From Tricharina praecox (Eukaryota), in the NCBI RefSeq assembly GCF_024521635.1, contig NW_026250410.1, positions 1-64,000 on the forward strand: DNA of 64,000 nt, in the 5' to 3' direction. Below are positions 40,014 through 50,830 of this stretch, in pieces. Position 1 is the first letter of the stretch, and every line of letters starts with the position of its first letter. The notes below the pieces were generated by a model. That model did no database searches. It was not told the DNA's origin and was given only the letters and a program-made list of their open reading frames with translations. A program made the position numbers and the translations under genes.

Positions 40014-43000
40014 ATGATGGCCCGCTACCCGAACTACCCCAGCCTACCACCACTACCGCAAGCTTCCTCGTCGTCCTCGTCACCACGGCCCGCGCGGCGA
40101 TCCGCACACCCACAGCAATTGGCGAGTCGTCGCGCCGTCAATGCTTACTCGGACGTGGACGACGAGGAGGAGGACGAGGGGCGGGAGGAGGAGGAGGAGG
40201 AGGAGGACCGCGACTTCTCGCTTGTGACTATGATCGGCACGCGGGGTTCGAGGGGCGCGAGGGGCACAAGGGGTTCGAGGGGCTCGAGGGGCGGCGAGGG
40301 TAGCCGATTTGAGGATGTTGAGACTCCGTATGGCAATGGGAATGGCTACGGGAACGGGAATGGCTACGGCAAAAGCAATGGGAATGGCTATAGCAATGGC
40401 AACGGCAACGGCAATGGCGCACCCGGCCCGAGCGGCGGGCGCTCTCACCAGCACCGGTACCGACCGCCCCCGGGGCACTTCCACGACTCGTCGCCTTCGC
40501 GCCCCCCCTCCCCCTCCCACTCGGACCCCTCCCACTCCGACTCCGAATCCGCCAACTCCTTCCTATCCGCCGAGGAGTTTTTCCCCGCCGAAGAGCCGCG
40601 CCGTCGTCGTGCCGCGCCGGCGCCCCCCGACCTAAAGTCCACGCTGAGAGCATCACAGGCTATAAGATGGCAGCGCCAGCAGCAGCAGCAGCAGGAGATG
40701 CAGGAAGTGCCGAGCCCCGCAACACCATCGCAGATGCGCCGCTCCGCAGCGGCACTGTCACAGCAGCGGCCGCTGCGCGTGCCCCTGCCCCTGCCACCGC
40801 CGCCGTCATCCCCCGCGAATGCGAAGCGAACCCCGCAGCCGGCGAAGCGACGGCCGCCACCGCCACCGCAACCATCACCCCCACCACCACCACCACCACC
40901 ACAGGGCTCGAGGCTGTGGGAATCTGAGCGAGAGCGGGAGGAAATGCAACTCTACACCCCTAGGGCGCGGGAATCCGAGAGAGAGCGAGAGGAGATGCAA
41001 CTCTACACCCCTAGGGCGCACGAATCCTCGCGAGAGGAAATGCGTCTGTACACCCCGTCAGCGCGCTCACCGGAGCACGTCCGCTTCCGCCCTCGCTCGC
41101 CCACGCACCAGCCTCGGTCATCCACGCACCAACATCGCTCGTTCACGCACCCCTCACAGCGCACCCCCGCCACGAGCCGCCGCTCAGCCGAGCCCCCACG
41201 CAGCACCGACCGCGACCGCGACCGCAAATCCCAGAGCAGCCACCGGCGTCGCACGCCCGAGTCCTCGTCGGACACGCCGGACGCACCCGATACCCCCGCC
41301 ACGTCGCGCGAGAGCTCGTTCAATCGCTCGCTGAGCTACGACCACGAGCGACACCCGGTACAAGCGCATCCCGCGTCGTCGTCACGTGCTAAGAGTAAGA
41401 GGCCGGCGGAGGTGGATCAGAGTTGGCCTAATATGCCGGCAAGGAACACGTATGGTGGTGGTGGTGGCGGCGAGCGGAGTGGTAAAGGCACGGCGCGTAC
41501 CGCCAGGGGCACGCCGCGAAACGGCTTCTACACTCGGCGCGCGGGCGGTGATGTTGACGGATCACCGGGGCCGCGCTCCGCGTCGGGGTCCGATGGCGAT
41601 GACTGCGATGAGCCCGATGGTCACGTGCATCCAGGGTATCCGGGGTGGCCCTCGGGGCGGGCGGCGCGGAACTCGTATGGTGGTGGCGGCAGTGGTGGTG
41701 GCGGCGGTGGTAGTAGTGTCTCGCCAGATGACCGGGTTGCGGCGCGCGGGGTTGGCACGCCGCGAGATACCCACAATCGTCGCGCTCGGGCCGACAGGAA
41801 TGATAGACGCCCGGTTTCGCCGATGTCGCCAATATCACAGGTATCACCCGCCGAGTCGCTGTCAGAGCGGGACGAACACGAGCCTGGCCCCGCGCACTCG
41901 CACTGGCAGTCGCAGTCGCAGTCGAGGCAGGTGGATAAGGGATGGCCGGAAATACCTGCTGCCTCGGGACGGGCCGCGAGGAACTCATACGGCGGTGGTG
42001 GCGGTGGCTCACCGTGTGGCCGGGGCGCTGCATCGCGTGGCACAGGGGGGAAGCAAGACAGCTCGCACAACCGTCACGCGGCAGGCGGGGACAGGACGCC
42101 GGCATCACTCGTTGCGCCGGTATTCGACTGGGACGAGCACGGAGCTTCGCAGCCGGTGGGTTCGGTGGGTAAGGGATGGCCAGAAACCCCCGTGGCCTCC
42201 GGCGGCGCAAGGAATTCGTACAGCTATAGCGAGGCCTCGCCCAGCGAGCGAGGAGCTGCGGTGCGCGGCGGCAGGGGCAACGGCAAGCCGACAGACAACG
42301 CTTACAACCGCCGGGCTCGGACCGACGGACCGCCGGCACCACCCGACTGGGTCGACCCCGACCCTTCGCCGTCGCCTTCGCAGTCGCAGTCGCAGCCGCC
42401 GAATCCGGGATGGCCGGAAATGCCAGCCGCCTCCGGACGGGCCGCACGGAACACTTACGGCAGCGCCTCACCTGCGTCACGTGGCAACAAGGGGAAGTCG
42501 AAGCCGCAAGATACCACCTACAACCGCCGCTCCACCGTTGACAGGCCGCCGGCTCCGCTCGTGGTGCCGGTATCGGACTGGGACGAGCCCGCTCTCGCAC
42601 TGCCCGTCGATCCGGGATGGCCGGAGACGCCTGTAAAGAACACGTATAACTCAGTCCCAGCCGGTGACAGAGCCGCTCCGGCGCGCAATAACAGCAACAA
42701 CAGCAACAAGGGCAGGCCACGTGGAAACTCCTACACCCGCCGCGGCAGCCCCGAAAAACCTCCAGCCCCTACCCCCGCGTCGCTATCAGACTGGGACGAG
42801 CCCGGACCCGTGGCGGACCTGGGATGGCCAGAGACCCCGGTGGCGCACGGGCGGTCCGCAACGGCCGCGTTGTTGTCGGATTGGGATGAGCCCAGGCCGA
42901 CGGCGGAGCTGGGGTGGCCCGAGCCGCCGGCGGAAGTGGAGGCGGAGGATGAGGTTGCGCCGGATGAGGGGGTTGCGGCGCGCGGTGGCGGTGGCAGGGG

Positions 43001-46000
43001 GAAGGGGAACGGGAAGGGCAAAGACAGGGAGTCGCAGCCGGAGGATGATCCCGGCCATGTGTCCGATCGGGACCCGCTGCTGGAGCTGCAACGCGAGTTT
43101 GATTCACAAACCTCATCTTCGAGGGAGAGGGAGAGGGAGAAACACGAATGTCTGGTAGAGTCGTTCTCGGACGATGAAGAGGCGTTCAAGGAGACGCTTG
43201 CGGATAGTCCCGACAGCCTTGACAGTCCCGACAGCCCCGACGTCGTTGAGAAGAATGCCCGCAAGGAGGGGAAGCGCCAACGCCCAATTATGGTCAAAGT
43301 CGCTGCGGACGAAGATCGCCTTAAAGTTCCAGAAGACGGCGATGACGCAGCGAGTAGCTACAGCTGCACAGAAAGCCTCGAGAATGCGATGGCAGGGCTG
43401 ACGATGGAGACGGGCTATCCCAGCGTCGCCAGCCGCTCGCAGCCCCATCGCTCCTTCGACACGTTCCGGTTCGAGTTGCAGTACGAGGTGACGCGGGTAG
43501 CGCTCGCGCTCAACGTCTCCATGGAGCACCTGGACACCACACTCCCCGAGCTCATCGAGCCGTTCGCGCACGATCTGCACAACGCCAAGACTAAGGGCGA
43601 GCAATCGAAAGTGATGAAGGCGTTCGCGCAGAAGCTCACTGAGGACCCGAAGATGCCTGAGGCACTCGCCGCCACCGTTTGGCAGAAGCTGAAGGAGACG
43701 AAGTGCTGGTCGAATAATATCGAGCTGAGCGGAACGGTGTGGTTCGGCAAGGGCCCAGATGCCGACTTCGGACTCACACTCAATCCAATCTCGCTCCGGA
43801 AAAAGAGCGGGAGGTTTGCGGCTAGGTTCGGGTCCGATCGATTTCTCATGCTGAGGCTGCCCACGGTGCTGTCGAAGGAAAGAGGCGCGCAGGAGAAGCG
43901 CGAGAATCTCCTCGATTGGCTGGATAAGGAGCTGAAGCTCCTCAACAGGACCTGGAGGTGCTTCTACATCCGCGACGGCACCAAGACGAGCAAGGTTGCT
44001 GGCACCATGGTCAAGGAAGACTTCATCCTGGGATACTTCTTCGCCGAGAAAGGAGTTGGGATTGGGAACGTGTCGTATCGGATACGTGAGCTCCTGGGAC
44101 TCCTCGAGGACGAGAATACGTGTGCCGAGCAGCCAGTATGTCGCAAGGAGATGGTCCGCGACGCGTTGGTCGAGTGGCACATGCCGCTCTCGAAGCATCT
44201 CAAGACGTCCTTCTCCAAGGTCTGGTCGCGAATTAGTCTAGGTTCGGCCCACCCCTCCCCCCCCCCCGCCCCCTCCCCGGTCCGTTGCATCTACTAATAT
44301 CACTCAGGATTATCCGTATCGATGCCAACTGTCACTTTCCTTCCCCGCCAGATTTCACCACTCCCGGATATAATGTCGCCCACAGGCAAGGTCATGAACG
44401 ACGGGTGCGCGGTGTGCTCGCCGAAGGTGATGCGAATAATCCGCGAGCGGCTGAACCTGACAGAGACGCCCACGGCGGTGCAGGGGCGTCTGGGCGGTGC
44501 CAAGGGCGTGTGGTTCGTCAATCCCGATGACGACGACTACTCAGAGGAGATATCGATCACGTATACCCCCTCGCAGCTCAAGTACCAGTTCCACGAGCAG
44601 GATGAGGACGACGACAAATGCGACTGGGCGCGCATGACGTTGTTTGTGCTCAGTTACTCGAAGGAGCCCTCGCCAGCCGCCCTCAATATCCAGCTGGTGC
44701 CGATCCTGAGCAGACAGGGCGTGCCATTCGAGGCGTTCAAGGAGCTCATAGAACAGCACCTGGACGAGGACCTGGAGCAGCTGCTGAATGCGGCGTCGAA
44801 CCGCGCGAGCTTGCGGCACTGGCTCGGCAGTCACGGCCTCGAGGAGCGGTACAAGAACTGGGAGATTCCGGTGTTCGATAGTGGCGCGCCGCTCAGCAAC
44901 GAGGAGCAGATCGCGATGCTATTGGATGCTGGCTTCGATCCTATTGGCTGTGGATTCCTCATGCAGAAGCTGAATGCCATCGTCAGTCAGCAGTGCGATA
45001 AACTCCTGGAGAAGCTCCATATAAGAGTCCCCTGCTCCGCCACGGTGTATTGTATTGCTGATCCGACGGGTACCTTGGCGGAGGGTGAGGTGTCGCTGCA
45101 GTTCTCAAAGGGCTTTGTGGATCCGATCACCTTGACGCGGCGGGAGTGCATAGAGGGTGATCTGTTGGTGGCCAGAAACCCGGCTCATCTGCCAACGGAT
45201 ATACGGAAGGTGTGTCTCACAATCTATTATCTCACTCATTCTTTCCCATGACACTTGCTAACGTGCTCTAAAGGTCAAAGCAGTTCTGCCGATGCATTCT
45301 GGCTTGCGACGGTTGAAGGATGTCATAATCTTCTCCACCAAAGGCAACACCCCGCTGGCCGACATGCTCTCGGGCGGCGACTACGACGGCGACAAGCCGT
45401 GGATCTGCTGGGATCGGCGGCTTGTAGCTCCATTCCAGAACAACCGGTCGTTTGCGGCATTCCAGCAATGGAAGCAAGACAAGTACTTCGAGCCGTGCGA
45501 TCCCGAGAAGCGGTTTCTTTACGACCTGCACCCTACCTACCCCTCGCCCCACTTCTACAAGCAGTTCTTCCGGCGCGGCTTTGCCTCCGCGATACAGGAG
45601 GAGCTGCTGGGACTGTGCACGACCGCGCTCAGTCGCTACACATACTTCGAGAAGCCCGGCGAGCTCGACAAGCAGCAGATCCACCTCGCCAAGCTGTGCA
45701 GCGTCCTGGTCGACGCGCCGAAGCAGGGCATCCGCCCCACCAAGGAGACGGTGGACTCGATCTACGCGCTGCTCAACAGCTTCAAGGGCAAGCCGGCGTA
45801 CAAGGACCTCAGCAACGAGGAGGGCAGCCACCCATCAGGCGACGCGGACGAGTGGTACATCCTCGACCGCCTGATCCTGGACGTGGGCCAGCGCAAAGTC
45901 GCGGAGAAGAAGCAGCAGTTCATGGACCTGCAGGAGCGGCAGACGAAGTGGCCGGACGCGCACCTCTCCAAACTGTGGAACGACGTCAACAACGAGTGCC

Positions 46001-46440
46001 ACGCGACAAGCAACAAGTCCCTGCGCCGCCTCCTCACCCGCCTGGACGAGGACCTGCACAACGTCTCGCGCGCGTGGGAGCGCGCTATGCGCACCAACCG
46101 AGCCGGGAACTTCCGCGCCGCGGCGGAGCCCGTCTACGCGCTGTTCAAGTCGATCCGTCCCGCGCCAGACGAGGAGATCAACGCCGACCGCCGCATTAAG
46201 GAGTGGTACGATAATGGCGAGCATCCCTGCTCCGAGTGGCGCCTGCTGAAGGCGTCGAAGCTGTTTGTTATCTCGTGCACCTCGAGGCTCGCTTGGTGGA
46301 TGGCCATGCCGGAGCTGTGCTACCTCAAGGCGAGGGAGTCGACGAGGGAGCGCGGTGGTCAGGCGCCGAGGATCGTGTGCGATGATATGTACCTCATCTT
46401 GAAGCCTGTGGCCCCCGCGCCCAGGGATGAGGACGATTGA
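40014..46440 (+). CDS. qde-1: Eukaryotic RNA-dependent RNA polymerase, QDE-1-like (RNAi/quelling), ~2098 aa with ~1100-aa disordered repeat-rich N-terminal extension
   Basis: Exons 40014-44241, 44308-45209 and 45274-46440; introns GTTCGG..ACTAAT..CAG and GTGTGT..GCTAAC..AAG restore SRISLG|LS and DIRK|VKAV. Motifs RFGSDRF, MNDGC, QGRLGGAKGVW, IADPTGTL, VARNPAHLPTDI, VIIFSTKG and catalytic LSGGDYDGDKPWICWD. The DYDGD context matches QDE-1; orthology is not formally tested. Confidence 0.93.
41410..42935 (+). repeat. Intragenic degenerate repeats encoding 7 x GWP plus 1 x SWP modules
   Basis: Trp codons at ~41424, 41646, 41943, 42177, 42411, 42618, 42825 and 42915; units such as SDWDEP...PGWPETP and KGWPEIPAASGRAARNSYG. 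Confidence 0.9.
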
Positions 46441-47217
46441 GAGACCATAATTGGTGTCTTCTTTCCCTGCTGTGGGTGATTGGGTTTCCAGCAGTAACGT
46501 GCTTTCCAAGCGAATGCGGGGTTCCTCTTTGATTTGTGTGTGTGTGTGTGTGTGTGTGTGTCTGAGAGGCTACCTATGGTATCCTTCCGGCTGGATGTTT
46601 CTTTTTGGGCGACTTCCGGTTTTGCTTATGGCTGAGTGTTTGTTTTGGGAGGTATCTGTTGCACTCACTTAGCTTTATATCCTGGTTGTTTGGAAGATAT
46701 CGATTGCACGTTGCATTTATACCCTGTTTGTTTTGGCGTGGATTTGAGATACCACTTGTGTTATACGATTAATTGCTATCCGGCGGAGGTGAATAAATGG
46801 TTGTGAAAATTTGATTGGCTGTTTCCTCCGGGGGCGATCGAGTTGATCAAGTAATACGTTACACAGCCGCCAGTGGAGCATGTAAATGCTTACAAGAGCC
46901 ATCGCGGATCCAAGTTCTGGGTGGGTGTGGACAGTGGACAGTGGATACTTCGAAGTTCGAGCAAAGACAAGTTTTGTGAGCTCGAGCTCCCTGACAACCC
47001 CACTTGCAATCCGGACTGACTAGATGCACGCTTTCGCACCTCGGTCCAGTACCAGTACGGCCCCCTCCCACGCTACCGGCGGGCCGGCGCACCATCGAAG
47101 ATTGAATCAGGAAACCTCACTCGGTAATCGAGTGAGGTTTCATGCCCGCTCTCATGCCCGCGGGCCCGCACCTCTCCAAGGTGAGATGGAGAGGGATGGA
47201 AGAAGGTTGAGAGGAAG

Positions 47218-47732
47218 CGAAAAGGGAAACAGAAAGGGGAGAAGATAGGAGTATGAATTAGAAGAGAGGGAAGCGTCCCGTCGTGGGTTGATAATGCTTG
47301 CGGCAGCCTGCGGGGGGCGGGCATGCAGGCCCATTCCAGTCTTTACCGTGTATCTATATTTCTGGGACAGGCCGGGGCGGAGGGGAAGAAAAGCCACATC
47401 CGACCCCTCGATCAAAGTCGGGGGGCTAGGTAGCTAGGGAATCACCTGAGGAGAACTCGGGATGAATGGGCGCTCCCAGCGGATTTGCTTCACCAGACTG
47501 AATCGCTCTTCGTGATGCAGCTAGTGCAAGTGTGAGGTTCTGAAACCTCTACAAAACCCATACTGCTCTCCCACTCTTTCCCTCTCTCTTCACCCTCTCC
47601 ACTCTCTAGCTTCGTCCTCACGCGAATACTTTTCTACTTTGAAAATCTTCACCATACGACCTCTTAGTACTCACAACGGTTTGTTTATCCTGGCTCTTAG
47701 CATGAAATATCATAATAACCTCGCCATTCTAG
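47218..47732 (+). repeat. Dispersed repeat family C, copy 2
   Basis: See 32335-33217; lies directly upstream of family A copy 2. Confidence 0.85.
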
Positions 47733-47853
47733 AAGCATCACACATCATGCCGAACTTGAACAAGTCGGAACAGAGTGGTCGAATGGTCGATCACAAGACC
47801 TCCGACCCTCTGGGGGCAACTACTACGGAGACCCCAAAGTCCCTGGCCGAGAA

Positions 47854-49496
47854 GAATGAGGGCACCACCAAGACCATCCTATCTTCGTCAGATGACTCGA
47901 GTGATGATGATGATCTGATCATCATGTCGACTAACAGCAGCAGCGCGCAGATTACAACATCGGCGGATGTTGTCGGTGCTCTCGGTGCGACGTACGCCCC
48001 CGCCGTCAACGGTGTTCGGTGCTTCCTCTCCTCCGAGGACGAGTACGCCGAGCTCTTGCAGTCTGTGCTCGCCGTCGCCGCCACCACCACCTCGACCAGT
48101 ACCACCGGAAAGCTCACGATATGATACAAGTGTACCTTCTCGAAGCAGGACCTCCTCCTCCAAGAGACCTGCTTCGAGAAGTACCGCTACAAGCTAGTGA
48201 ACAAGTACGTCGCCGCCACCACCGACGGCGCAGTTATGCTCGACGTCCTTACGGAGAGCGCCGCGTTCCGGGCTCCCGGATCACCCTCCCCACCGTCACC
48301 AGTCTCCGCACCCGTCCCCACCACCAGGAACATCAGCAGCAGCAGCAGCCGTGCGCCCTCTCCGTCGTCCGCTCCAAGCACAAGCCAGCAACCGAGCCCG
48401 CCAACTGCTTGCAGCCGGCCGAGGCTACGATCAGCTCTGGGGACGGCAGCTCTGTGCACCCGTTGACGATCGACGTCGACGATGAAGAATAAGACGTCGC
48501 TCCCGCCGCTCCCGCCCCCACCATATGGAGCATTAGCCGCAGCAGTAGCGGCCGCACGCCCTCTCCCTCGCCCTCTCCAAGCAACGAGGTCACTCCCGCC
48601 ACTCCCGCCGTTCCCGCCCGGGGGGTGCAGACGCCTGACCGCCGCCGCCGACACCATTCCGTTCCGCTCCTCCGCTCGTCACCCGCGCCCACGAGGGTTG
48701 AGAAACGCCGGTCGTCGTGCCCGCCCCGCTTCTCCGAATAAAAGAAGGAGTAGATTGCCCATCTTTTCTCAGGCAGCCGTGGCGATCCTATCGTCATCGA
48801 TTAGTACTGGGGTTGCTTTTCCTCCTTTTTCTTCTACTCTTTTCTTTTGTTTAATTTTAATATTTACTTTTTAATATCTTTCTTTTGTTTCCGGTTGTTT
48901 TGCTTGTTCCCTGCGGGATAAAATCCACATACCCATATTATTCCTCACTTTTCTTTCTATCTTCGTGCTGGTTGTATTCTCGTTCCATGTAATATTCTGG
49001 TTGATTGCCTTTGCTACCTGCTTACTTACCTAGCCCTGCTGCCCCCGCGACGGTGTATAGCCAGCTACGCACTCCGTGGTAGCAGCGGGGCATCACTCAT
49101 TATCCCTAGCTCGCATTGGCGGTATCAGGACCTCAAGTTCTTACTTGACTGACTACATATCTAGCAAAGACGTAACCAGGCCACAGCACAAACCTTTCGA
49201 TGTGCATAGAAGCGTAAAGCTTCCAATTGAGTATTATACTAACCCGCCTATGTGGCTAGCTACCAGCCTTCAGGGGATATAGGTATCGTAGCATTATGCT
49301 CCTTCTCCGGGCCACCGTCATTCATAACCGTGTCAACACAGCATGTAGCGTATAGCGCGAGCAACATGGCGGGATCGAGCCACCGACCATTCTCCTTCCC
49401 AACATCTCTTAAACTCTACGGCTGACTAGAGGCTACCGCTCGCTCTAGCACGCCGCATGGTACATATTGCCGAGCAACTGCGAGGAAATCCGAGTC
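47854..49496 (+). repeat. Dispersed repeat family A, copy 2; ORF broken by TGA at 48122-48124
   Basis: Inverted relative to 13585-15192. KLTI*YKCTFSKQDLLLQETCFEKYRYKLVNKYV here versus KLTVWYKCTYSKKDLLLQEDCFEKYRYKLVNGYV in copy 1. Confidence 0.9.
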
Positions 49497-49594
49497 CTGT
49501 CCCGACTCTCCAGCTCATGGAATGGTGAAAAATCCGTACGAATTTCAAAAGTTGCACATTTAGGAGGATAGTGTATCTTGAAACATGATTTGAA

Positions 49595-50030
49595 CCATCA
49601 TGGCTCACTCCGAGTCCCGTTGGCCTCGAGCGATCGGTGTTGGCAAAGGAGCCGTCTGCAAAGACGCGATGTTCTGTTTTCGAATGGGTGTTGTGGAATG
49701 AGTGGTGATGCCGAGCTGTCGCAAGTGCTGATGCTGGAGGGGGTTATATTGTCAAACATGAGGATGTCATCAGCAGTGATCATGGCTCAGTTGGAGCGAA
49801 TTTCCCGCAAGGTGGAGGGTCACCAAGCCCAAGGTCCTTAGCTGTTACAAGGGTAGCAACCTTGGGGAGGACGCTCTTTTGTTGCGGTTCAATACCGGGT
49901 TGCTGCTTTCCCCTTTCTTTTGCGGAGGGGTGGCTACATGGTAGGTAGCTGGATTGTTGCTTCGAGGGAGGCTCATCACAGAATCATGAGAACTCATTCG
50001 CTCGCAGAGCACGTGATGTTTTGGAAAGGG
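49595..50030 (+). repeat. Dispersed repeat family B, copy 4
   Basis: Colinear with ~25540-25990. Confidence 0.85.
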
Positions 50031-50680
50031 TCCTCGCAAAAACAGCACAGCACAGCACCCTACGTGACAGTAACCGCAGCAGTTGCTTCGCTCCTATCCA
50101 TCTATCCCGTGCGGCGTTTTGCATGTTTAAAGCACGATCCAATTTCGCGAGCCCGAACTGAAGCGAATGATATCTGATGACTCCTGCGGCGTGACTCAAC
50201 CCTGCCCATTTCCCCTCCTCCCCCACCTTCCCTGCGCGCTCAGCACCAATCCCAGATGTCAACTCCCCAGTGCAGGTAGCAGCTAACTAAGAAGGTGTAC
50301 GCCATGTCGTCTCCACGATGACTTCCATACCTACCTACCTACCTACCTACCCAAGTGGTGAACAAAGCCCCGAAGGCGACGGCGGAACTGCAGCTCCAAC
50401 CCTGAGCCGATTGGGGTGTGATCATCAAGACGCAGCAACCATCACGGATCCAAAGCAACTTACACCACCGACGACGCCACCACATGCGCGGACGCGGCGA
50501 AGCGGCGAAGCGGCGACCACGAACCCCGACCACGTGCAGCAGCCGGCGCTACCGGGCCCCGAGCCGGCGGCGAAACGAACGCCGAGAAAGAGTCCCCCAC
50601 AGCACCTGGCTCAATCATGGCAAGCGCGCTGCGCGAGCGGCAGCAGTGCATGTCGACGATTCGGCTACTAATAGTTACCT

Positions 50681-50830
50681 AGCAGAGCACAGCAGAGCAC
50701 AGCAGAGCACAGCAGAGCACAGCAGAGCACAGCAGAGCACAGCAGAGCACAGCAGAGCACCAGCAGAGCACAGCAGAGCACCAGCAGAGCACAGCAGAGC
50801 ACCAGCAGAGCACCAGCAGAGCACCAGCAG
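50681..50830. repeat. 10/11-bp minisatellite (AGCAGAGCAC[C])n, ~14 units
   Basis: Eight exact 10-mers followed by mixed 10/11-mers. Confidence 0.95.

Noticed and set aside
40014..46440. RdRP as an endogenous viral polymerase
   Set aside because: It has the DxDGD double-psi-barrel motif and spliceosomal introns of cellular RNAi RdRPs, not the viral GDD palm motifs.
43113..46509. Long minus-strand ORFs (361, 187, 224 aa) and alternative-frame plus ORFs (e.g. 41386-42636, 45255-46199)
   Set aside because: Shadows of the GC-rich RdRP coding sequence with no independent motifs.
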